Position numbers and translations under genes: made by a program. Below the pieces are notes generated by a model. The model was given only the letters and a program-made list of their open reading frames with translations. It did not search any database and was not told where the DNA came from. From Octopus bimaculoides (Eukaryota): a DNA stretch of 62,845 bases. This document shows positions 1 through 12,450 of the stretch, in pieces (within the stretch, counting starts at the first letter, position 1; every line of letters begins with the position of its first letter). The stretch lies in NCBI RefSeq assembly GCF_001194135.2, contig NC_068981.1, forward strand, positions 70,665,386 through 70,728,230. Direction: 5' to 3'.

Positions 1-146
1 ATGAGGACAGCCTCCAAGTATTGATGGTCTACCCTATCGAAAGCTTTCGATTGATCTAAATTGATCAGGGCCCCACCCATGCCAGGTTCCTTAACTACCC
101 TCTCTATGATGTAGCGCATCAGATGGAGGTTGTCATGGATGCTCCT
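1..146 (-). mobile_element. Tx1/L1-clade LINE reverse transcriptase fragment (runs off the window start)
   Basis: Minus strand translates RSIHDNLHLMRYIIERVVKEPGMGGALINLDQSKAFDRVDHQYLEAVL, containing the non-LTR RT motif D-x-x-KAFD-R-V; similar to 54300-54660. Confidence 0.9.
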
Positions 147-228
147 GTATGTATGTATGTATGTATGTATATAGATAGATAGATAGATAGATGGATAGAT
201 AGAGAGATAGATAGAGAGATAGATAGAG

Positions 229-301
<73 letters not shown>
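147..301. repeat. (GTAT)n-(ATAG)n compound microsatellite ending at an N gap
   Basis: Read directly from the sequence. Confidence 0.95.
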
Positions 302-400
302 NNNNNNNNNNNNNNNNNNNNNNNNNNNNNNNNNNNNNNNNNNNNNNNNNNNNNNNNNNNNNNNNNNNNNNNNNNNNNNNNNNNNNNNNNNNNNNNNNNN

Positions 401-452
<52 letters not shown>

Positions 453-669
453 TGTATACATACATATATGTACATACTTACATATATATGTATATACATA
501 TGCATATATGCATACAGGACATCATAAAACGTAAAGAACATGAAATACAAAATACGAAAACATGGGATACAAACAACGAAAGACACTAATGGAAAACAAG
601 ACATAAAGAATGGCCCTTTATCAGTTGGTGGCTGTTCATCTACTCCACATTTCTAGCAATTACAACAAC

Positions 670-774
670 ATGTGTTTTCGAGAAAACAGTTGAAAAGCAA
701 CATTTGTGATTTGCGGAGGGTCAAAGTTTATAAGAAAACAGGACAGGTCAGCAACTGTTTTCTCGAAGACACAT
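670..774. repeat. Short inverted repeat (23-bp arms, 59-nt spacer), MITE-like
   Basis: atgtgttttcgagaaaacagttg (670-692) versus caactgttttctcgaagacacat (752-774), 1 mismatch. Confidence 0.7.
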
Positions 775-843
775 TATTTATATTATATATATATATATAT
801 ATACGTAAAATATATAGGGTAGCGAATCTTTTTAGAAATTTCA

Positions 844-2300
844 CTACCAGTGGCCTAGCGTGTACAAAAAGTCAATAGACAACAGATTCTCAATATAAAA
901 TAGTGTACAATGAACCTTGAAGGACATATGACAACCCATTTTCTTGAAGTTTTCAATAAGCTTTGCTAACAGCTGTTTGTAATTTGGATCCTTGTCATTT
1001 CCTAGGAATCCACGAACTACGAAATGCACGCCAAGCTTCTTTCTCAACTTTTGTCATCGCTCTTTCCAGTTTATTCGACTTTAGCATTGCATTTACTTGG
1101 GGCCCAACAAATATGCCACCCTTGATCTTAGCCTCAAATAGCTTTGGAAACATAAGACAAATTTCTTGAAAAGCTTCTCCTCAAAAATCTAAGGCTTTCA
1201 CAAATTGTTTTGCCAATCCGAGTTTGATATGAAGTGGGGGTAATAAGATTTTGCTGGAATCTACTAGAAGCTGTTTGACATCATTTAACATTCCTGGTTG
1301 CAGTTTCACTCGTGGGGGCCAATGTACTACTCTCTTGTAATGATCATCATCAGCTCTGCTGTCCCATAAGCAAAGGAAACATGAATACTTTGTTTATCCC
1401 CCTTGAACCCAAGAAAGAAGGCAAGCATCTTGAAATCACCACAAACATCCCACTTGAATTCAGCGTAATTTATGTTGTCGAGAAGATCTTTGACTTTATC
1501 GTAATTTTCTTTCTTCTGTATGGAGTGTGCAAGAGGCACAGAAGGATATTTATTTCCATTGTGGAGCAACACTGCTTTGAGACTTCGTGCTGAGCTATCT
1601 ATGAACAGTCACCATTCTGCAGAATCATGCTTGAGTCCAAAAGCACTAATAGATACAAATCACATCTTTACAATAACACAGATCATTAACATTTTCATAG
1701 TAAATTTCAAATTCTTCATGGCGTTTCCGATACGCAGATGTCTTGCAGTCTTCCCCCTGTAGATTCCATTCCTTCAACCTTAATGAAAGAAGTTCAGCTT
1801 CTGACTTAGTAAGACCCAGATCCCTGATTAAATCATCTAGGTCACTCTGATTTGGAAAGTGAGACCCCGAAGTCGTTTTTGGTACGAAATCTTCCTCCAT
1901 TTCTTGGCTTCTGCTACTTGTTGATTCTTCAGGTGAAATATTTTCTGGTGGTAGTAGGACTCGTAAACAGTCATCATGTGGGACAGGTGCTCTACATGGT
2001 GTTATGTGTGGATACTGAAGAGCTTCCTTTCATTTTTCTGTACTTTGTCAAATCAGTCATATAAAAGTAACAGTCATCATGATGATACTTTGGCTCTCTC
2101 CATACCCTTGGAATGGCAAAAGGCATTGACCTTCCTGTAACTCTTAACCATCCTTCTAGAATAGATCGACAGCATCCACATATCACATGTGGGGCCCATG
2201 GTTTGTCCTGGTCAACCATGGGCATTCTGAAATAGAGTCTGTACGCTATCCACAATTTGGCACCTTTCTCGCCTGAGTATAGAAAGTTCCGAATGACCCG
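844..2300 (-). mobile_element. Degenerate CMC/Chapaev3-like DNA transposase (frameshifted, C-terminus deleted)
   Basis: Successive frames give DQDKPWAPH..C..C, MPFAIPRVWREP..HHDDCYF, NQSDLDDLIRDLGLTKSEAELLSLRLKEWNL, LLHNGNKYPSVPLAHS, CGDFKMLAFFLG, KILLPPLHIKLGLAKQFVKAL and VVRGFLGN..MGCHMSFKVH. These are motifs I recognise from Chapaev3 transposases. Confidence 0.8.
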
Positions 2301-3239
2301 TCCTTGTTTTATCCTGTCCCTTTTTGTATTGTCTAACTGTCCCGATGTTTTGTTGTCACCTGTTATGCTCTTGTTCCATTTTTTGTTTTCTTTTTTATAT
2401 ATACATATTTATTTTTATTATTTTGAGAAATACAATATTTCCCCCTTCACACAAGAGGGAGGAAATTAACAAAGGAATGCCACAAACAGAAAATAGGTGT
2501 TTAAGAAACACTCAACAAAAGTTCAACAACGTAATAATTCAACAGTGCAAATTCAAATAATTAACCATAAATTATCCACAAATCATATGCCAAACATTTT
2601 GAACAACGTACAAACAAAATTCACGATCAACTCGGTTAGAGATGATTGTAGCATTTTCTTTATTCGCCATAAAGGCTTAACACAGAAGGTACAGAACAAA
2701 GACAGACAAAACAACACAAGTGGGGATATAACATACAAAATGATGAAAGAAATGAAAACATAACAAATGAGGATCAACGTCTTACCTGAGCCCCCATTTT
2801 CAGGCGGTCACGTACTACAGTTCATTATATGTAAAATTAATGAAATTATTAAACGTTACAAAAAATTAACTCAGTCCTTTTTTTTCTTTTACCATACAAA
2901 ATATTGCGTAAGTTCACTATACTCCATCACCGAGAGGTGGGAGCAAAATCTCACCCCGAACCCCAGTGGATCTATTCTATACCGGATTTGAATATTTGTT
3001 TTAATGTTGCCTGACTTTTTATCTATTAAGATGCATTTTATGTCTGCTGTGATGTCTTTGGGTAGTTTGACTCTAATAATGTTGTTTAATTTTGTAATTT
3101 TTATTTTTTTCTATGGATGTACTTTTTCTGTATGTCATTAGGTAGGCTATGTGTTTTGGCGGGGTTTGTGTGTGTTGTGTGTCTGCATGTGAATGCTTAG
3201 TGGGAGATTATGGGCAGTATTTTGATGGCATAATACAGT

Positions 3240-4220
3240 GATGTGTGCTGTGTGGGTGCGTTGTTCACTAGGGTTTTCTGTATTTCGTTTGTCTGGCGTG
3301 TCTTGTTTTTGCGTGCAACTCTTTTTTTCTCCATTGTTGTGTGCTTTTTGGTGGTGTATTCGTTCGTTCCTTTTTCCTTGTTACTTCAATGTAATTCTCT
3401 TTGGAATCTTTTTGGTATGTTCGTTTTAACTCCGTCGTTTTTTGGGTCCGTTCCATTACCTTGGCGGTACTCTCAGGCTCGCTTTGGCTCTCGGCTGCGT
3501 TCCTTTGTTCTTCTTGTACATTTTTTGGACACCTTTTTTAGATGTGCCCCCTCTTGGCCGCAACAATAGCAGATGGGAGGTTTCTCTTCCACTGTCACCG
3601 TCAGTTTTATATCGTCTGGGAACTCGATAATTTCGGGGACCTGGATAATTTATTCTAGGCCGTAACCCCAATAATTCAACTGTTGTGTTCGAGTTGCCTG
3701 AACAACGTTTGCCTCTTCCTTTGTACCAGTGAGTATAGCTGCCGCTGTCTATATCTCCTTTACCTCAGGCGAGATCCTGCCAATCCTCACTCTAGAGATA
3801 CGTTTCCCTAGGTAGGTTGGCAGGAATAGCCATTCTTCCGTTCCTTTTGGTACAGTGGAGTGCTTAAATGTCACCTGTTTGGAGGCAAATCTTACCTTCA
3901 GTGTACCGTATCTCCTACCTCTGGTGTAGAAAGACATGTCGCCTCTTATTGTGTCCAAGCATGTTTCTATGGCATCTCCCGGTTCCATCTTGATTTTTCT
4001 ATCGGCAAATGCTGTGTCCTCTACATCACCGTTCTTTTCATTTTCCGGTTGTTTCCTCCGGAGGGGTTAGTTTTACGCTCAACCCCTCCATTTATATAAA
4101 TTCCACGCAGTCACATAATGCTTTCCGGTCAATGATAACCTCTTGCATTTCCAACAGTCTCACTGTTTCCATTTCCAGCTCCCGCTCCATCACGCTCGAC
4201 GTCCATTTCAGACATTTTGT
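3240..4220 (-). mobile_element. L1/Tx1-type ORF1 (gag-like) pseudogene fragment with CCHC zinc knuckle
   Basis: WLFLPTYLGKRISRVRIGRI (3749-3988) followed by PEIIEFPDDIKLTVTVEEKPPICYCCGQEG/HI*KRCP (Cx2Cx4Hx4C, with a 1-nt frameshift and a stop). Confidence 0.7.
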
Positions 4221-5188
4221 TTCAACCCCAAATGGGGGTAAAATATACAACAAAAAAACACAAGCCTAATGAACAAGCTATGTGGTTTTAACAAACATCA
4301 ACAAATTAAATAATAAATTCCAACAATTTCAACAGTTCACAATAGTGGGAAGAAGCCTTCAAACAAAATCACACAAAGAAGGTTAGGGGATGAGTGTAAC
4401 AACGGTAAAAAAATTATGAATGTTAATTTATTGATGCATTTCGGTAAGTCTATGTCTGTATTATCAGACAATTGCAAAAGAATGTTTAAAAAAATTCGAA
4501 ACTCTGTAAAAATTTGGTACAAATTCTTCATGGTTCAAAATGTTGCTTACTTTTTACTCAACCTGATATTATTTTTATATCAACATATTGTTGTGTGACA
4601 TTTTTCTCTTCTTTGAATGTTCAAGTTAAAGACTGCGATAATACTAATGCAAAACTTTATTGGCATTGAGTTCAATTCGGACAGCGTCTCTGGTGTACCA
4701 TTAAGACACCTACAATTCGTGGCCAGCTGGTAGTTTTCGTGAAAACAACTTTCCACAAGTCTACACATTACAGGCAACCTTTTCTATACGCCAAAATCAG
4801 ATCGTCCACTACAGCAGACGACAAAAACAATTGGTATTTAGTTTTATTATTTTCTGTGTCTGCCAATATCCATGACTCATAAATTATTTAAAGCTATTCT
4901 GAAAGTTGGACAGCACCTGCATTTTGTCACAAAAGTTTAGTAACGTAAATGCCACGGCAATATTGATGACTATATTGTAAGGCCACATTTGCATGCCCTA
5001 TTATGCTTTGCAAAGTCTACTGCCAACTTTTGTACATTAACCTTTCTCAGTACATTGTCCGCCGTGTATATATCATTGCTTTCGTTTACATTTTCCTATT
5101 TTCGTCCATATTCTTTGTTGTTTTGCTCATTAATCAGTTATGCGCTTATTCCGAAATCCTGAACGGGAACACTTATACACTACACGAA

Positions 5189-5237
<49 letters not shown>

Positions 5238-5347
5238 TACACGTGCAAGTACAAACACATACATGTACACACAGACGTATAGCTGCACACAAGCACGCAT
5301 TAGCACACTGAGACACACACACACAAATGTATACCTATATATATATA

Positions 5348-6130
5348 AACAGAGATATCCGGCGTTGCTCAAGATTGAAATGGCATAATTTGTATATATA
5401 TTACTGTTATGTTGAAACAGATGATACGGGAAAGTGCAGCATTGACGACAAATACTTTGTGGAGTTAATGGTGGGTTAATTCGATTAAATGAAAGGTCAT
5501 GCGTGCATTTGGAAGATCCCAGGCCCTAACCTGTCATAGAAAATTAGAGGTGGGGGTAATGTGATGTTTAAACGCACCGAATAGATGTCAGTGGATACAA
5601 TCTCCTTTGCAGCAGTCGGCGCTGCGTCATGAAATACAACCCACAGTATGAAGTTTCGATATCTCCTTCGGGTCTTTTGTCCTACCTCACACATAAAGTA
5701 AATTTCTAGGAACTTTGGTTGATCATTTGTGAGTAACAGGGAACCAATCAGGTGACATATTTGCCCTTCAACTTTGAACGTCGGCATAAATCTATGTTCA
5801 ACTGTCTCCTTAGATGCTACAAACGATGTCATTTGAAATGCAGAGTTGTATCGTCTGATATTGTTCAGACAATCCTTTGACTGAAGATCCAGAAGATCCA
5901 TAAGAGGTTGAGGAGGAGCTGGTAGTGCTGGCAAATCGTACCTTACCGCCTGAGTAGCACATGCCATTAGTTTCATTTTGAAATTTCAAGTCTTTGCAGA
6001 AACGACAATAGAATTATCATTTTTATAAGAATAGGATGGAATATACCTGTAAGCAGCTCCAGGAGTGGTGAAGAACGAAGTTGCACGTGTTCTGTTTCTG
6101 AGAGCTATTCTACTGGAACTCTGTTTAATC
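5348..6130 (-). mobile_element. Internally deleted Helitron: N-terminal Rep region joined to a putative 3' terminus
   Basis: CKDLKFQNETNGMCYSGGKV then LPALPAPPQPL..IRRYNSAFQMTSF..FMPTFKVEGQICHLIGSLL..PKFLEIYFM (Helitron Rep/Hel N-terminal signature). The minus-strand end gagcaacgccggatatctctgttt (5348-5370) resembles a degraded Helitron 3' hairpin/CTAG end. Confidence 0.85.
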
Positions 6131-7244
6131 ATTAAAACGTTTTAATGTTTCAGTATCAAGTGCTACAGTATGCCTTTGCCTGCTTGTTTTAACCATTCAG
6201 TTTTCTAATTTGTATGGTCCTATATTCACTAGATCAAGCAGGTTTGAGGAAACCGCACTTCAGTGAAGCAGTTCTACTAAAACCAAAACTTTTTCCTAGT
6301 TTTATGTTTAATCTGACTGCTAAAATAAATCTGTAATTTGACCCAAATTAAGTAAATATAATTTTCAGTGAAATTAAGTATTTCAAATATATTTTATTTT
6401 TCATATTGTATTATTTATTCTCTTTATTTCTGCAATACACAAAGAACTGGTGATAGGTTTTCTTCAGACATTAACTATATATATATATCTATACAGGGGG
6501 TGCGAATGCTTGGGGCAGTCGATATCCAGTCATAAATCTACACGGGGGTTTCATTTACTATCACTGGCTGGAAGAGTCTGCAGTTCCTACGGTGCGCATG
6601 TGTATGTTTGTGGGAATACTAGAGTAGGAAATCAGCCGGGTATTTATGAGCAGGGACTGATGAGGGATGAACATATGTATTGGCGTATATAGACTTTTAT
6701 ATGTATATATCTTTACCCCATAAAATACTACAGTCGCTAAATGTCTACTTAAATCCTCGATTGCGTCCTTACGCTTTATCTCTTCGCATCATATATGGTT
6801 GTCTCTTCATTTTATTACTTTATTTAATTCATTTCGTTATCAACGCAAGCATAGTATCTGATTGCCCTGCTAATTGTTTACTTATTTTAGTTTTATTTTT
6901 GATTATCATGTATTTTATTTATGATTAATTATAAAGAGGTTCAATACCTATAAAAGAACTATACTTCATTCTACATTTTAGGTCATTCTAAATCTTGGTC
7001 TCTCCAGTACACCACCGCTACAGGCAAATAATGAAATACATTATAATCGAAATAAGCAAAACAAACTTTAATGAACAGGGTATATATTGAAACGTCACCT
7101 GACGCGGCAAATCTACACTGAATGATGCACCACAAATACTTGTAGAGAACCTCACCTGGAAGGGGCCGACGCATGATAGGTCGAAATGACTGTTGTGATC
7201 AATAAAATGTCTGGTGAGTTCCATAATCTTCTACTGTCGTATGC

Positions 7245-7278
<34 letters not shown>

Positions 7279-7989
7279 ACTCTGCCCCCTGAGTCACTAT
7301 TAGTTACAACTGAATTTCTCCTTTTTGGTTTTATATTACGTCTAACGACATTCGCTAGTTTATAATTTTCACAATACTATTTTGCTGAACCATCCATTGA
7401 TTCATGTGGTAAATATTATATATTGACAAGTAGGATTTAGCTTAACCATCGGCGATGGAGCAGTATATAGACATGTGTTGTTTGTGACTATAAAGGTCTT
7501 TGACTTTTGTTTCTAGCAATGTAGGTGCAAACTTGCATCCTGAGTCTCTNNNNNNNNNNNNNNNNNNNNNNNNNNNNNNNNNNNNNNNNNNNNNNNNNNN
7601 NNNNNNNNNNNNNNNNNNNNNNNNNNNNNNNNNNNNNNNNNNNNNNNNNNNNNATATATATATATATATATATATATATACATGCATATGCATGTAAACA
7701 TTCTAGCTCCACATTCTAAGTTCGCACCGCACACTAGCACAGGACACAAATTGTTGTGCACACATATACCCTAATACTACACAGACACACACACAAGAAC
7801 ATTCGCAAATCACGTATCATTTACTAACTCTTTTCTTCTCTTTGTTTTCTATATATGAAATCTCATTATTCTGTATCGCCTCCGTTCATCTGACTTCCGC
7901 CAACATTAGTGTACATGAATAATCTATCTGGCAAAACCTGAAATCCTAGTAGTGCAAAATTTATTTTCAATGATCTCTTGTGCGTGAAC

Positions 7990-8040
7990 TAGATAGATCG
8001 ATAGAAAGATTTACAGATAGATAGATAGATAGATAGGCAG

Positions 8041-8079
<39 letters not shown>

Positions 8080-8083
8080 GCAG

Positions 8084-8123
<40 letters not shown>

Positions 8124-8138
8124 GAGAGAGATAGGCAG

Positions 8139-8193
<55 letters not shown>

Positions 8194-8197
8194 GCAG

Positions 8198-8228
<31 letters not shown>

Positions 8229-8270
8229 GCAGTAGATAGATAGAAAGATAGATATATAGACAGACAGAAA
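7990..8270. repeat. (AGAT)n array punctuated by five GGCAGT units
   Basis: GGCAGT at 8036, 8079, 8134, 8193 and 8228. Confidence 0.9.
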
Positions 8271-8328
8271 GGCGGTGAGCTAGCAAAAACGTTAGCACGC
8301 CGGCGAAATGCTTAGCGGTATTTTGTCT
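8271..8328 (+). mobile_element. 5' head of a tRNA-derived SINE, interrupted by the LINE insertion
   Basis: ggcggtgagctagcaaaaacgttagcacgccggcgaaatgcttagcggtattttgtct matches the heads of the full copies at 32596 and 34042. Confidence 0.85.
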
Positions 8329-11300
8329 TTGTGAGTCGGAAGTATTATTGCTGAAGTGCGTCTGTATAGTAAGTGTAGTTTCTGTTTCCGTGTTGCTGCT
8401 TGTTATATTTGCTGTACCTGTATTAAATTTGTACAATAGTTTATATTCGAAAAACTATTGTGTATTTTCCCCTGTAGAGGGAAACATTAATTGCTGGCAA
8501 GATGCCAAAAAAGTCTGTCTTCGTCTGCCGAGGAATCGACAGATTTAGATGCTAAAAAAGTTGAAAAAATGTTATTGAAAGATGTGTCAGATTCGTCTAA
8601 AAATGAGTTCCCATTATTGCCAAGGGCTCCCGTTGCAAGGAGGAACATCGAGGTGAATAGCCTTCAAACGGAGGAAGGCAAACAGAAAAGAAGTTTTGTC
8701 TCTGCAGCTGGAGATAGAACCCGCCAACTGTCGACAAATAAAAGTGAATTGTTGATGTAGAAGGACATTGATTACAGTTCAAGACGGCGTTGTCAAGGTT
8801 CAACCCTCAGAGGAGTTTTTATTGTCAGAGATTTTAACCAATCTATTTTCCAAGACCTGCCATCTTCGACCCTGTATCAAGAAAAGGTGGAAGGTCCCTC
8901 TCCACCAGACAGCCCTGATTAACAGATTAACAGATAAGTGATATCTATTCACATTCGGTGTATAAATGTTCGTGGCCTGTCTAGCTGGAAGCAAATGACA
9001 TCAGGTCAAGACATCAGGTCAAGAAAATTGTATGTGATTGTTGCAACGGAAACCCGGGTAAAGGGGCCAAGAGATCTGTGCCTCCTCCTGAATGGCTATG
9101 AGAAATACGTTTCCCCGAGTCGGGCGGGAGCTGGGGGTNNNNNNNNNNNNNNNNNNNNNNNNNNNNNNNNNNNNNNNNATCTTACTAAAAAGAAACTAGG
9201 TAGCCGAGAAAAAATTGACTTTTTTGCTGATCCAGAAAGCAAGTTGGTCGTTTTCGACCTGACATTCAGTTGTGGCAAAATAATCAGGCTAGTCGCTATT
9301 TATGCACCCAACATTATGGGCCCGCAAAGTGAATATTTTTGTGACCTGGACAAGTTTGTGGCCACGTTACATTCGCTAGTATTGTTAGGAGACTTTAACA
9401 CAATATGTGACGCACACACAGACTGTGTTGACTCGAACATGAACACAAAATGTAACCCAGGCTTACGGGATCTGCTAAGTCACTTTCAGCTAGCAGGCTC
9501 ATATAGGTTGGAACACCCGAACACTCCACAGTGGACGTGGTCAAACAGTGACGGGTCTTCCAGAACATATCTAGATAGGATTTTAATTAGAGAAACAGAT
9601 AAATTCATAGGTAAGTGTCCACAGTTTTTTTCTTATCAGCTACAGTGACCACAAGATGTTTATCTGTAAACTGACAATAGATTAGTTACATAGTCAGGGA
9701 TCTGGCTACTGGAAACTCAATACGTCCCTTTTGGCGATTGAGGAATACAGAAAGCAGATCAAGATGTTAATACAGGGGGCATTGACAGGTACCTCATTAA
9801 TAACAAATGGTGGTACGCCCTAAAAAGAGCCATCAAATATGAGTCTATTAGGTTTAGCATACGTTTAGCTAAGAAAGGACGTAGAATAGGAGATGGTTTA
9901 TTTAAAGAACTAGAAGAAGCCTGGAGGACTGGTAATGCGGACCAAGCGAGGGGGAAAATACTGGAGTTAAACCAGCATCTTGAAACCCAACATACGGGAA
10001 GTATTGCCAGATAGGAAGTGAAGGAATCAAGGCAGCTGGATGAGCCCGAGTGGTGGAAGCTCGGCAAGGAAATAGTTCCACTATACGGTTTTTGACGAAT
10101 CATAATGGCGTCTTGGTAAACGAACACGAGAAAATGTGTGAGGCCAGCTGTTCGGGGTGACGGCGCTCCTGGTGGTCGGAGAGCCCTCGAGGACTTTCTT
10201 GCCGGGATGCCGTGTCTCTCGGGGTCGGATGCGGAGTCTTGCGAAGGGCCAATCACGCCTGTGGAGGTGATGGAGGCTTTGGCCGACTGTAAAGCGGGTA
10301 AGTCGCCGGGACTTGATAGTCTTACGTACGAGCTGTATAAATGTATGTCAGACTTGTTCGAGCATCTACTGGCTGACGTTTACGTGAACTGGCAACAGAA
10401 TGGGTTTATCCCCAGATTTGTGCGTCGGGGAGTAGTGACGTTGGTCAGAAAGGACCCAGACAAGGGGAATGTTATAGAGAATTTCAGGCCGATCACTCTG
10501 TTAAATACAGAAGTGAAGATTTTGGCCAAGGTCTTAGCGAAAAGGTTGAAGCGTGTCGCGAATGGTATAGTCGCGGAGGCACTGAATATGTGCCATCCGA
10601 GGCAGAATCATTCAGGATACACTCCATGTACCAACCTAAAGCTTTTGATAGGATTGACCGCTTGCGCGGTTCGGCCTGGGCCTTGGCTTCCTTAGGTGGT
10701 TTATCGCTTTGTACCACAACATTGACTCGATAGTTCGGGTGAATGGTTTCCTTTCGAAGCCGCTCTGCATCAGACGTTCGGTTCGTCAAGGATGTCCGCT
10801 CTCACCGCTTTTGTATGCGGTGGCTCTCGAGCCCCTACTGCGAAGGTTGGGTGGAATTCTGAGAGAACTAGGTCTAGAGGAGTTTGTTACGGCTTACGTG
10901 GATGATATGACTATCAGCGTAACATCAGTAGCACGCATACGTGAAGTAAGTGTGACTATTGAGGCTTACGAGGAGGTGGCAGGAGCAAAGATTAACCGGG
11001 AAAAGTCGGTCGGCTTGCATCTCGGCACCTGGTTTGGCAAATCGATGCCTTCAGACAGCGTTGTTGGGCGCTGGACGGAGGGACGTGTTAAGCTGCTGGG
11101 ACTTTGTTTTGGACCAGGCCTTCAGATATAGAAGAACTAGACGGAGGTATTGAACAGGGTGGCTGCAGTAGTCAAGACATGGTCTTTGCGGTGGCTATCC
11201 CTGATAGGGGGGAGGTGGCTAATGTGTTTATCGCATCGGTCATTACCTACTGCTTGACCGTTGTGCCCTGTCCGGATTCGTGGTTGATCAGATTGGAGAG

Positions 11301-12450
11301 ACAGCTCTTTCGCTGTTTGTGGAAGGGCAGGTCGCTACTTGTGAAACGCTTTGTCTGTTGTTAAAAGCCTTTAAAGGGAGGTTTAAGGATGCCTTGGTTA
11401 ATGATGCGCAGGCATGCGTTGAGATTGAGGCTCCTCTGAATTCTCCTGTATAGTGAACGGGTGTGGTCTCCGCTGGCCAGACAAATGTACCTCCCCACAC
11501 CCGAGTTCAAAAGTTTTTGCGAACAGGAAGCTTGGTGTTCTCGTAGACCGAGGTCAAGTGAATGGCATAAAGAGTGCCCTAAGGCCCTCTTGCTATTCCG
11601 TCGCTCGGGTAACGCCAGCGGTGGGGGTTCCACACGGATTACATATACTGGGTTGGTAGAGTCTGAATGCGACGATGGCCTGGGGAAGACTCTAGGTCTC
11701 GGCTTTATTCAACTGGACAGCCTGTTTCACCGTACATTCGGGTTGAGAACGTTGGACAACTTCTAAAAGTCCTTAACCTGACAATGCTGCAGAGGTGCCT
11801 TGCCCGTTTGGGATAAGCTCACAAGACACGGTAAACGTCAGTCGCTGACCTGTCCAAAATGCGGGGTAGACAGGGAAACCGTCCCTCACGCTATTGTTCA
11901 GTGTCCGGCGAAGGAAGAATACAGCTGTCTACTGAGTCAATTATAAAAAATTGACCCACCGAGTGTTTTAACAAATGATGGTAAGAATTGTTTTCACACG
12001 GTTGTAGCAATAGGGAAAGGGGCAGTAGGGAAGACTAGGATAAAAGGAATTAAGACAGGCAGCTTTATCTCTGGCCAGAATTTACGATCATATCTTACTC
12101 TTCATTTGAAAAGGAAGATGTGGCTGGAGAAGAGATGTCTGTCGGAGTGTACATTCCAAAAGAGATGGATGCATGGTGCACGAGTGTTGTGCGTGCAAGG
12201 AACCGTGTGAATAGACGGAAAAAAGAACAAAAAATGTACCAGCAATAGATCGGGGCTTGTGGGATCGGAGTGTGGCCTGATCATCGCTTCATTTGTATTG
12301 TCACTGCATTGTTAATTTCATTCGATTTTTTTATATATTTTATTTAAATCTTAAATGTCATATTTTTATGTAAAATCATACCGATTCACTGATCCTATCA
12401 GTTGTTCTGTCCGTTTCTATGTTTAGCCCCCGGTGGGCAATAAAGAAATT
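8329..12450 (+). mobile_element. Near-complete, decayed Tx1/L1-clade LINE (5' UTR, deleted ORF1, EN-RT-Zn-finger ORF2, 3' tail) with 12-bp TSD
   Basis: APE endonuclease, RT and CxxC..H..C motifs in the expected order; the 3' end ...tttagcccccggtgggcaataaagaaatt; flanked by ggtattttgtct (8317-8328) and ggtatttcgtct (12451-12462). Confidence 0.9.
8938..12130 (+). pseudogene. LINE ORF2 pseudogene (APE endonuclease + reverse transcriptase + C-terminal zinc finger)
   Basis: CINVRGL, ATETRV, VAIYAPN, LLGDFN, TWSNSDG..YLDRIL; KSPGLD, NFRPITLLNTEVKILAKVLAKRL, QPKAFDRID, RQGCPLSPLLY, AYVDDM; CPKCGVDRETVPHAIVQCP near 11850-11910. Multiple frameshifts and stops. Confidence 0.92.

Noticed and set aside
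119-604. Long ORFs made of YI/HT/CV/ER/LS repeats and X runs (also 31.7-32.5, 34.4-36.2, 37.6-39.5, 46.2-47.0 and 50.0-51.0 kb)
   Set aside because: They are translations of microsatellites and N gaps, not genes.
6893-7060. Weak inverted repeat (gattatcatgtatttt versus aaatacattataatc)
   Set aside because: Short, AT-rich and gapped; plausible by chance.
8011-8270. CRISPR-like repeat-spacer array (GGCAGT units)
   Set aside because: The spacers are pure (AGAT)n, the repeats are too short, the context is eukaryotic, and there are no cas genes.
8938-9648. Intact, domesticated endonuclease gene (236-aa ORF)
   Set aside because: The ORF spans an N gap and frameshifts just before the SDH motif, and downstream ORF2 is riddled with lesions. 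It is a LINE relic.
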